Source: Candidatus Sumerlaeia bacterium
GTDB taxonomy: Bacteria; Sumerlaeota; Sumerlaeia; SLMS01; JANRJK01
Reading direction: 5' to 3'
DNA length: 64,000 bases
Assembly: GCA_033764015.1 (NCBI GenBank)
Contig: JANRJK010000013.1
Coordinates: 224,001 to 288,000 of the forward strand
The notes below the pieces were generated by a model. That model had not been told where the DNA came from and did no database searches. It worked only from the letters and a program-made list of their open reading frames with translations. The position numbers were made by a program, and so were the translations under genes. This document shows, one piece after another, positions 47,483 through 59,414 of the stretch; position 1 is the stretch's first letter; every line of letters begins with the position of its first letter.

Positions 47483-47941
47483 ATGAGTCTCGCGCAACGC
47501 GTCCAGGACAAACTCAAGCAGTCGATGCTCGCCAAGAACGAGGCGAGGACAAGCCCGCTGCGCATGATCCGCGCGGAGCTGCTGAAGAAGGAAAAGGAGA
47601 AGGCCGGCACGGTGCTCGACGACGACACCGTCCTCGCGGTCCTGCAGGCGATGGTGAAGCAGCGCCGCGACTCCATTGACCAGTACCGCGCCGGCGCCCG
47701 CGAAGACCTCGCCGCCCGCGAAGAGGCCGAAATCACCGTCATCGCCGAGTTCCTCCCCGCCGCCATGACCGAGGACGAGCTGCGCGCCGAAGTGGACAAG
47801 GCCGTCGCCGCCAGCGGCGCCGCGACCATGAAGGACATCGGCAAGGTGATGGGCGCGCTGATGAGGGCCGTGAAGGCATCCGGCAAGGCGGCGGACGGCC
47901 AGCGCCTCAACGCCCTCGTGAAGGAACGGCTGAGCTCCTAG
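47483..47941 (+). CDS. GatB/YqeY domain protein
   Basis: 'KQRRDSIDQY..GAREDLA..E.AEI.VI.EFLP', 'MKDIGKVMG'. Confidence 0.9.
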   Translation: MSLAQRVQDKLKQSMLAKNEARTSPLRMIRAELLKKEKEKAGTVLDDDTVLAVLQAMVKQRRDSIDQYRAGAREDLAAREEAEITVIAEFLPAAMTEDELRAEVDKAVAASGAATMKDIGKVMGALMRAVKASGKAADGQRLNALVKERLSS

Positions 47942-47991
47942 GACCGGCCCGGCCGGACGCTAGACCCCGCGCCCGGCCGGGACCGCTACGC

Positions 47992-48228
47992 TCAGCCCTT
48001 CAGCGCCTCCAGCGGCGCGCCGAAGTTGATGTGGAACGGTGCCCCTCCGATCACCAGCGCCGGAACCGACTTCACCCCCTCCGACTCCGCCCGCCGCAGC
48101 AGGTCCTTCCGCTCGCCGAGGTGCACCACCTCGATGTCGTAGCGTCGGCTGTCGAGCGCGAGCGCGACCTGCTGCTCGACCTCGATGCATACCGGGCAAC
48201 CAGCGTGGTAAAACGTGGCCTTCACCAT
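47992..48228 (-). CDS. Small thioredoxin/glutaredoxin-like protein
   Basis: AGGAG RBS; 'FYHAGCPVC', 'GVKSVPALVI'. Confidence 0.85.
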   Translation of the reverse strand: MVKATFYHAGCPVCIEVEQQVALALDSRRYDIEVVHLGERKDLLRRAESEGVKSVPALVIGGAPFHINFGAPLEALKG

Positions 48229-48297
48229 GGAATCGCTCCTTGCGATGGGTTCGCGGGGCTTGCGCCGCCCCGCGTGGTCCATTAACTAGACCACAAT

Positions 48298-49302
48298 ATG
48301 ACGCCAAATCCAATTACTTCCATTCATGCATCCATCGGCGACGGCGCTCTGCCCGAGCTCCGGGAGCTCCGCTACTTCGCCGCGGTCGCCGAGGAGCTGA
48401 GCTTCACCCGGGCCGCCTCGCGCTGCGGCGTCGGCCAAAGCGCCCTCAGCCAGTCCGTCGCGCAACTCGAAGCGCGCCTCGGCGTGGCGTTGTTCGACCG
48501 CGGCGAACGGCGGGTGCGGCTCACTCCGGCGGGGGAGGTGCTGTTGGACCGAGCAAAGCGCGCCATCGCCGCCGCGCGCGAGGCCGCCGAGGCCATGGAG
48601 CCGTTCTCCGGCGGCGGCGCCGGACGCCTCCGAGTGGGAGTCGTCCAGACCGTCAACGCCCTCGCGGTGCCCCAGGTCGTCGGCGAGTTGGCCCGCCGGT
48701 TCCCCGCCGCCCGCTTCGACGTCCGCGAGCTTCCCGCGGCCGGCGTGGAAGAGCTGGTCGCCACGGGCGACCTCGACCTCGGCGTCGGATTCCATCCCGT
48801 TGCGCGGCCCACGCTCGAACTCCAGCCGCTGGCCCGGGAGGAGATCCTGCTCATCGAATGGCGCGGGCGTGGCGGCCCGGTCCCCGTCGTCGGCGCGGGG
48901 GATCTGGCTGGGCGCGCCCTCGTGCTCCTGGCACCCGCGTTTTGCACCAGGCGGCTCGTTGACGCCGCCTTCGCGGAACATGGCGTGCGCCTTGATCCGA
49001 CGGTCGAAACGAACTCCGTAGAGGGGGCCCTCGCGATGGTGCGCGGGAACGGGTTCGCTACGCTCCTGCCCGAGATGGCGCTCCGGACCCACGCCGGCGC
49101 CGGACTCTCGGGCAGCCGAATCGAGGGCGTCCCGATCTCCCGCCGCCTCCTGCTGCTGTGGCGCCGGAACGGCTATCGTAGTCCGCTCGCGGCGCACTTC
49201 GCCGAGGAGCTGAAGCGCCTTCTCGAAGCTCAGCCGGCGGATAGCCCGTCCAGCCAACCCCCGAAGGCCGCGCGCCCGCGGCGGCGCAGCGACTCGCCGT
49301 AG
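48298..49302 (+). CDS. LysR-family transcriptional regulator; start uncertain
   Basis: HTH 'LRELRYFAAVAEELSFTRAA...QSALSQSVAQLE..LGV.LFDR'; divergent from the small CxxC gene. Confidence 0.9.
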   Translation: MTPNPITSIHASIGDGALPELRELRYFAAVAEELSFTRAASRCGVGQSALSQSVAQLEARLGVALFDRGERRVRLTPAGEVLLDRAKRAIAAAREAAEAMEPFSGGGAGRLRVGVVQTVNALAVPQVVGELARRFPAARFDVRELPAAGVEELVATGDLDLGVGFHPVARPTLELQPLAREEILLIEWRGRGGPVPVVGAGDLAGRALVLLAPAFCTRRLVDAAFAEHGVRLDPTVETNSVEGALAMVRGNGFATLLPEMALRTHAGAGLSGSRIEGVPISRRLLLLWRRNGYRSPLAAHFAEELKRLLEAQPADSPSSQPPKAARPRRRSDSP

Positions 49303-49934
49303 CTCGCCGCGCCTTCGCGCAGCGCCGCCGGGTGCGGCAGGCCCGGCGCCGCCAGCTCGCACGCGTGCCCCAGCAGCCAGCGCTCCAGCCCCGACGCGTC
49401 CAGCTCCGGGTGGCACTGGAACGCCAGGGCGCTTCCCAGCGTGAACACCTGGTTCGCGTACTTCTCCGATGAGGCCAGGCGCACGCCTCCCGGCGGCAGG
49501 TCGAACGTGTCGCCATGCCAGTGGAACATCATGGCGCCGTCCTCCGCCAGCGGCGCGAGCGGGCCCGCCGGCGTCGGCGGCGTCCACTCGAGCGGCGCCC
49601 AGCCGATCTCCTTCCCCGCCGCGCCCGGATACACCCGCCCTCCCGCGGCGCGCGCGATCATTTGCGCCCCGAGGCAGATCCCCAGCAGCGGACGCCCCGC
49701 CGCCAGACGCGCCTCGACGAGCCGCATTTCGTCCAGCACGAACGGATACTTGTCCTCGCCGGTTGCGTCGATCGGCCCGCCGAGCACCACCGCGAGGTCC
49801 GCTTCCGCCGCCGCCATCGGGTCGTCGTAGCCCGCCTCGATGTAGCGGATCGAGTAGCCGCGCGCGCGCAGCGGCTCCTCGAACGTGCCAAGGTCCTCGA
49901 AGTGGATGTGGCGGATCGCGGCGCAGGAGGGCAT
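49230..49934 (-). CDS. Class I glutamine amidotransferase
   Basis: 'LLGICLGAQ', 'HWHGDTF', 'FQCHPE'. Confidence 0.9.
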   Translation of the reverse strand: MPSCAAIRHIHFEDLGTFEEPLRARGYSIRYIEAGYDDPMAAAEADLAVVLGGPIDATGEDKYPFVLDEMRLVEARLAAGRPLLGICLGAQMIARAAGGRVYPGAAGKEIGWAPLEWTPPTPAGPLAPLAEDGAMMFHWHGDTFDLPPGGVRLASSEKYANQVFTLGSALAFQCHPELDASGLERWLLGHACELAAPGLPHPAALREGAASYGESLRRRGRAAFGGWLDGLSAG

Positions 49935-50068
49935 GGATCGGTTCCCCGGTTCGGATGGGCGCCATCCTCCACGCCGGGCCGCGCGCCTCCAGCGGGAAAT
50001 CCGTTCTCACCCGTTGCGTTCGGAGTTGGACACTGGCAGGGTCCCGCAACCCTCGCCGGACGTCCGCG

Positions 50069-53724
<3,656 letters not shown>

Positions 53725-53728
<4 letters not shown>

Positions 53729-54378
53729 GGTCCCGCCACCGGCGCCGGCAGCGGCGTCCGCTCCCCCGCGATGATCCATCCCGGGCTGACCGCGCCGTTC
53801 GTCGGGTCGTACGCGACCAGCCCCGCGGACCCCGGCGACCAAGGACCCCGCGCCGCCAGCGCGTACCGCCCGAACCGCTGCTCGAACCAGAGCTGCTCCG
53901 CGGGCGAGAACGGCAGGAAGAACCGCCCCGGCGCGCCCGGCACCGGCGGCGCGATACCCGCCATCCAAAGGCGCCGGTGCGTGTCGATCTCGTGGTAGAT
54001 GTAGCGGTCGCCCCCCGCGCTGCCCCCCGGCGGCGCGAACGGATCCCGGGGCAGATGGCTCAGGTAGCCCCCCGGCGAGCGCAACTCCGGCGGCAACGTG
54101 CCGACAAGCACCGCGCCGTCGTAAAGGTCCGCGCCCCGCAGCAAGGCCCCCCCAGCGGTCATGCGGGGGGCGGTGTTCGTGTCGAGCCGCCAGACCACAA
54201 CCGCCTCGCGCTGCACGCGCAGCTCCGCGAGCGCCCGCGCGTATCGCGCCCGGATGATGCCCTCCGTTAGGCCCGAGTAGGACACGGCGGCCAGCATCGC
54301 GACCAGCCCGACGGTGATCGAAAGCTCCAGCAAGTTGACTCCGCTCCGCCCGCGGATCCCACCGCCCATCCCAGCCAT
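53725..54378 (-). CDS. Prepilin-type (N-methylation) pseudopilin-like protein
   Basis: 'RSG|VNLLELSITVGLVAMLAAV' class III signal (G-1, E+5); 'YLSHLPRDPF'; C-terminal 'YDPTNGAVSPG'. Confidence 0.7.
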
Positions 54379-54791
54379 GGCTCCTCTCCTTCCTGCGCGG
54401 ACCGGACGGGCGGCCCCCGGTTACACCGTCCGTCCGGGATACTGCGCTGGTTGCCGACTGCTACGATGCACACTCCCGAATGCCCAGTGTGGCCAGAGCA
54501 CGATTGTTACGGGGATCGGAGCGCATACCTCATGCCGCTCCGGGCTATAGCTGATCGCGATCCGGTGAGGTCTGAAAGCAATGGAGTTGTGCGACGGCCT
54601 TGGCGAGCCCCCGGCGCCGGCTCGCACTCAAGGGAGCGCGCGTGCCCGATGCGCCGCGGCAGCGCGCCGGCACCGGGTTGCAGCCCCGCAACACGCCGCT
54701 TGAGCGCTTTCTCTTTGGCACCGTCCGACCCACTGGACCATGGTGCCCATTGTCGGCGCCCCGCGCGCCGCTTCGAAAGGATCGAGTTCCC

Positions 54792-56729
54792 ATGTCCGCA
54801 GTTTCCAGCCCGGTGGTCGTCACGCTTCCCGACGGATCGAAGCGCGAGTACCCCGGCCCCGTCACCCCCGCGGAGGTCGCCGCTTCCATCGGCGCCGGCC
54901 TCGCCAAGGCCGCCCTGGCCGCAACGGTCAACGGCAAGCCCGCCGACCTCCAAGTGCCCATCGACGCCTCCGCGGACCTCTCGATCATCACCACCAAGTC
55001 GAAGGAGGCGCTCGAACTCATCCGACACTCGACCGCCCACCTCATGGCCCAGGCCATCAAGCGCCTCCACCCGGAGGCCATGCTCGAGGACGGCCCCGCC
55101 ACCGAGGACGGCTTTTTCTACGACATCTGGACGGAAAAGCCGATCGCCATCGAGGAGTTCCCCGCCATCGAGGCGGAGATGGGGAAGCTCGCCAAGGAGT
55201 CGCTCCCGATCACGCGGCGCGTCCTCACGCGCGCGGAGGCCATCGCGCTCTTCACCGCTAGGAAAGAGAAGTACAAGATCGAGATCATCGCGCGCCTCCC
55301 CGAGGACGCCACGATCACGATCTACGAGCAGGGCGACTTCCTCGACCTCTGCCGCGGCCCGCACGTGCCCCACACGGGATGGCTGAAGGCCTTCAAGCTG
55401 ATGACCGTCTCCGGCGCGTACTGGAAAGGCGACGCCACGCTCGACCAGCTCACCCGCGTGCGCGGCACCGCCTTCGCCACGAAGGAGGAACTCGACGCCC
55501 ACCTCACGCTCCTCGAGGAAGCGAAGAAGCGCGACCACCGCCGCGTCGGCCGCGAGATGGGCCTCTTCATGCACCACGAGTGGGCCCCCGGCGAGACGTT
55601 CTGGCTCCCCAAAGGCCGCAAGCTCTACCGCGTCCTCGGAAACATGATGAGCAACCTCTGGGAGGATGAAGGCTACCAGGAGGTCTTCACCCCCATGCTC
55701 TTCAAGTCGGACCTCTTCAAGACGTCCGGCCACTGGGACCACTACCAGGACAACATGTTCATCATCCGCCAGAACGAAGGCGGCGACAACCCGGTCGAGT
55801 ACTCGCTCAAGCCGATGAACTGCCCGAGCCACATGCTCATCTTCCGCTCCGAGCGGCGCAGCTACCGCGAGCTGCCCATGCGCATCGCCGACCAGGGCGT
55901 CCTCCACCGCAACGAGGCCAGCGGCACGCTTTCCGGCCTCACCCGCGTGCGCCAGTTCTGCCAGGACGACGCGCACATCTTCCTCACGCCGGAGCAGATC
56001 GAGCCCGAGATCACCGCGCTCATCAGCCTCGTCCGCCGCGTCTACAAGCCCTTTGGCCTCGAGTTCGCCAAGGTCTTCCTTAGCACGCGCCCGGAGAACT
56101 ACCTCGGCCGCAAGGAGCAGTGGGACGCTGCCGAGGACGGCCTCCGCCGCGCGCTCGAAAACAACAAGATGGAGTACCAGGTCAACGAGGGCGACGGCGC
56201 CTTCTACGGCCCGAAGATCGACTTCATCGTCTCCGACGCGCTCAAGCGCGAGTGGCAGACCGCCACCATCCAGCTCGACTACCAGCTCCCGCAGCGCTTC
56301 GAGCTGAGCTACGTCGACGCGGACGGCTCGGAGAAGACGCCGGTCGTCGTGCACCGCGCGATCTTCGGCTCCCTCGAACGCTTCCTCGGCGTGCTGATCG
56401 AGCACTACGCGGGCTGGCTGCCGGTGTGGCTCGCTCCCGAACAGGTCCGCGTGCTCACCATCTCGGAGCGCTCCGAGCCCTACGCCCGCGAGGTGTTCGA
56501 AATGCTCTCGCGCGCCCGCGTGCGCGTCGCGGCGGACCTCAGCGCCGAAAAGATCGGCTCGAAGATCCGCGGCGCCCGCATCGAGCGCGTCCCCTACATG
56601 GTCGTGATCGGCGAAAAGGAGGCGGCGGAGCGCATGGTCGCCATCCGCGCCCGCGGCGAGGACGCCGGCACCATGACGCTCGAAGCGTTTCTCCAGCGCA
56701 TCGAAGCCGAGAAGGCCACCGAGTTCTAG
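54792..56729 (+). CDS. thrS: Threonine--tRNA ligase
   Basis: TGS domain, 'RHSTAHLMAQA', 'DLCRGPH', 'RDHR', 'KPMNCP', 'FYGPKID', 'HRAIFGS'. Confidence 0.98.
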   Translation: MSAVSSPVVVTLPDGSKREYPGPVTPAEVAASIGAGLAKAALAATVNGKPADLQVPIDASADLSIITTKSKEALELIRHSTAHLMAQAIKRLHPEAMLEDGPATEDGFFYDIWTEKPIAIEEFPAIEAEMGKLAKESLPITRRVLTRAEAIALFTARKEKYKIEIIARLPEDATITIYEQGDFLDLCRGPHVPHTGWLKAFKLMTVSGAYWKGDATLDQLTRVRGTAFATKEELDAHLTLLEEAKKRDHRRVGREMGLFMHHEWAPGETFWLPKGRKLYRVLGNMMSNLWEDEGYQEVFTPMLFKSDLFKTSGHWDHYQDNMFIIRQNEGGDNPVEYSLKPMNCPSHMLIFRSERRSYRELPMRIADQGVLHRNEASGTLSGLTRVRQFCQDDAHIFLTPEQIEPEITALISLVRRVYKPFGLEFAKVFLSTRPENYLGRKEQWDAAEDGLRRALENNKMEYQVNEGDGAFYGPKIDFIVSDALKREWQTATIQLDYQLPQRFELSYVDADGSEKTPVVVHRAIFGSLERFLGVLIEHYAGWLPVWLAPEQVRVLTISERSEPYAREVFEMLSRARVRVAADLSAEKIGSKIRGARIERVPYMVVIGEKEAAERMVAIRARGEDAGTMTLEAFLQRIEAEKATEF

Positions 56730-56731
56730 AC

Positions 56732-56760
56732 CGGGGCCGCTCCCGCCGGGAGCGGCCCCG
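56732..56760. terminator. GC-rich stem-loop between convergent thrS and pyk (possible terminator or 3' protection; no U-tract)
   Basis: cggggccgctccc-gcc-gggagcggccccg: perfect 13-bp stem. Confidence 0.55.
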
Positions 56761-56765
56761 CCCGG

Positions 56766-58289
56766 TCAATCCAGCGCGATCACCCGCAGCAGGTTCGTGA
56801 CGCCCGGCTTGTCCGCGGGGACGCCGGCGATCACGGCGACCTTCATGCCCGGGTAAAGCAGGTTCGCCTCGCGGAACACCTCGATCGATTCGTTGATGAT
56901 CCGCTCCGGCGCGTCCGGCGCGTGCGGGTCGTGCTCGAAGTGAGGCCTCGCGGGACGCGGCTCGACGCCCCACGAGAAGCAGCAGAAGCCGAGGCGCTCC
57001 GGTGCCAGCCCGCAGGCGAGGATCGGGCACCGCGGGCGGTAGCGCGACACGCGCCGAGCCGTCGAGCCCGACGTGGTCGGGACGATGATCGCATCCAGTT
57101 CGAGCTGCCCGCTGAGCTGGACAGCCGCGCGCGCCATCGCAAGGTCCGCGTTCGCCGCCGAATCCATCCAAGGATCGTCGGGCGTCACGCTGTAGTGCAT
57201 GTCGTTCTCCGCCTGGTCCACGATGCGGCGCATCACCTCGACGCAAGCTGTCGGGTGAAGCCCCGCGGCCGTCTCCCCGGAAAGCATCACCGCGTCGGTG
57301 CCGTCCGTGACCGCGTTGAAGACGTCGGTCACCTCGGCGCGGGTGGGACGCGGCGCGCGGATCATCGACTCGAGCATCTGCGTCGCCGTGATCACGGGCT
57401 TCGACATCGAGTTGGCGATGCGGATCAGGCGTTTCTGGATCGCGGGGATCTGCTCGAGGGGGAGCTCCACGCCGAGGTCGCCGCGGGCCACCATGACGCC
57501 GTCCGCCTCCGCGACGATCTCCTCCAGCGCGCCGATCGCTTCCGACTTCTCGATCTTCGCGATGAGCGGGATGCGGGCGCCCACACGGTCCATGGCGCGC
57601 TTCGCGGTGCGCAGATCCTCCGCCCGGCGCACGAAGCTCAGCGCGACCGCGTCCAGCCCCTCGCGGATCGCGAACTCGAGATCCTCCCGGTCCTTGGTCG
57701 TCATGGAGGGAATCGTCAGGTTCGTCTGCGGCAGGTTCACGCCCTTGCGGGGCTTGAGCAACCCGCCCTCAAGCACCTCGCAGACCACGTCGAAGCGGCG
57801 CACGCGCCGCACCACCAGGCGCATCGCCCCGTCGTCCAGCAGCACCTCCTCGCCGGGGCGCACCGCCTCGTGCAGCGACAGGAATGTGATCGTGAAGCGC
57901 CCGTCGGAGCCGTCGCAGCCTTGCTCGCTGGTGAAGGTGATCTCGTCCTTCGGCTTCAGCTCGAGGCTGCCGCCTGCGATCTCGCCCACCCGGATCTTCG
58001 GCCCCGACAGGTCGCCGAAGATTCCCAGCGGACGCTTCAACTCCGCCGACAGGTTCCGGATCATCCGGATCACGTCGAGGTGCTGCTCCTGCGAGCCGTG
58101 GCTGAAGTTCAGCCGGAAAATCTCCGCGCCCGCCTGCACCAGATCGGCGATCACCGTCGGGTTGTTGCTGGCCGGGCCGATGGTGCAGACGATCTTGGTG
58201 CGCGTGTGCATCCCGTGGAACGCGGGATAGCTCTGCGCCTGCTTCCGTGCGAACTGGTCCTGCTGAAGGCGGCGTCGCGTCAGATCCAC
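56766..58289 (-). CDS. pyk: Pyruvate kinase (alternative start 58211)
   Basis: 'RTKIVCTIGPAS', 'RLNFSHG', 'IAKIE', 'MVARGDLG', 'ATQMLESM', 'DAVMLSGE'. Confidence 0.97.
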   Translation of the reverse strand: MDLTRRRLQQDQFARKQAQSYPAFHGMHTRTKIVCTIGPASNNPTVIADLVQAGAEIFRLNFSHGSQEQHLDVIRMIRNLSAELKRPLGIFGDLSGPKIRVGEIAGGSLELKPKDEITFTSEQGCDGSDGRFTITFLSLHEAVRPGEEVLLDDGAMRLVVRRVRRFDVVCEVLEGGLLKPRKGVNLPQTNLTIPSMTTKDREDLEFAIREGLDAVALSFVRRAEDLRTAKRAMDRVGARIPLIAKIEKSEAIGALEEIVAEADGVMVARGDLGVELPLEQIPAIQKRLIRIANSMSKPVITATQMLESMIRAPRPTRAEVTDVFNAVTDGTDAVMLSGETAAGLHPTACVEVMRRIVDQAENDMHYSVTPDDPWMDSAANADLAMARAAVQLSGQLELDAIIVPTTSGSTARRVSRYRPRCPILACGLAPERLGFCCFSWGVEPRPARPHFEHDPHAPDAPERIINESIEVFREANLLYPGMKVAVIAGVPADKPGVTNLLRVIALD

Positions 58290-58328
58290 AGTGGGGCTCC
58301 TGCGGCTTCGAAGGTGGGATCGCGGCGC

Positions 58329-59414
58329 CTAGGCGCGCTCGCGAACCGTGCGGACGATGTCTTTGGTGCTGTTCTCCTTCGCACTGCCAGCGATGAGTAC
58401 TTCGATCCCCATTCCGCGGGCAACTTCCCTTTCCGGCACCGTCTCGGCAGTGTAGTCCGAACCCTTCGCGTGCACTTGCGGGCGCAGCGTCCGCAGCAGG
58501 TACTCCGCCGTGTCGTCCGTCAGCGGTACCAGCGCGTCCACGCACTCCATCGCGGCGAGCAGTTGCAGGCGGTAGGGCTCCGGCATCACGGGGCGCCCCT
58601 CGCCCTTCAGCCGCCGCATCGAGGCGTCGCTGTTCACGCCCACCACCAGCAGCGTCCCGCGGGCCTTCGCGTCCTCGAGGTAGCTCACATGCCCGCCGTG
58701 GATCAGGTCGAAGCACCCGTTCGCGAAGACGATCCGCTCCGAGGGGCGGAGGTTGTCCAGCGCGCGGGCGAGCCGATCCGGCGCGTGCAGCTTCTTCGCC
58801 AGCACACCGTCCCCCGGCACGCGCAGCAGCGATAGGCCCACCAGGAAGGCGTCCACGCCTTCGCGCAGCGAATGCGCGCTCGCCACCCGCCCCGCGAAGG
58901 TCTGCGCGTCCAGCTTGCGGTGCCACTTGAGGAACTCCTCGTGCGGCGTTTCGCCGGTCGCCACGAAGCACGCGCGCATCCCCGCCTTCAGGCCGAATTG
59001 CACGTCGGAGACCTTGTCGCCGAACGCGCACGCGGGCAGGTCCCTGATCGGCAGGTCGCGCAGCGCCTCGCGGTGCATCCCGACCCCGGGCTTGCGCCGG
59101 GGATCGTCCGCGTCCGGGTGCGCGGTGCAGAAGTACGCCGCGTCGAGCCGCGCGCCCTCCGCCGCCAGCAGCTCGGCGACGCGCGCCTGCACCGCGTCCA
59201 TCTGCTCCGGCGTCACCAGCCCGCGCGCGACGCCGCTCTGGTTCGACACCAGGACCGCGGCCACGCCCTCGCTGTTCAGCGTCCGCACCGCGGCGGCGGC
59301 GCCTGGCAGCAGTTCCACCGTCGCCGGATCCCGCAGGTACCCCGTGTCGCGGACGATGGTGCCGTCGCGGTCCAGGAACGCGGCGGCGCGGAATGGCGAG
59401 CTGGAATCAGGCAT
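58329..59414 (-). CDS. Fused D,D-heptose-1,7-bisphosphate phosphatase (GmhB-like HAD) and heptose-1-P adenylyltransferase (HldC/RfaE domain II)
   Basis: N-half 'FLDRDGT', 'VSNQSG', 'RKP', 'GDK'; C-half 'FANGCFDLIHGGH', 'GVNSDAS', 'KGSDY'. Confidence 0.85.
   Translation of the reverse strand: MPDSSSPFRAAAFLDRDGTIVRDTGYLRDPATVELLPGAAAAVRTLNSEGVAAVLVSNQSGVARGLVTPEQMDAVQARVAELLAAEGARLDAAYFCTAHPDADDPRRKPGVGMHREALRDLPIRDLPACAFGDKVSDVQFGLKAGMRACFVATGETPHEEFLKWHRKLDAQTFAGRVASAHSLREGVDAFLVGLSLLRVPGDGVLAKKLHAPDRLARALDNLRPSERIVFANGCFDLIHGGHVSYLEDAKARGTLLVVGVNSDASMRRLKGEGRPVMPEPYRLQLLAAMECVDALVPLTDDTAEYLLRTLRPQVHAKGSDYTAETVPEREVARGMGIEVLIAGSAKENSTKDIVRTVRERA

Noticed and set aside
48280..48305. 'ccacaatatg' resembling half an NrdR box
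   Set aside because: The second half of the palindrome is absent and no nrd gene is adjacent; it is better explained as the AT-rich LysR divergent control region.
49935..50068. Rex operator upstream of rex
   Set aside because: No TTGTGAA-N4-TTCACAA-like palindrome is visible.
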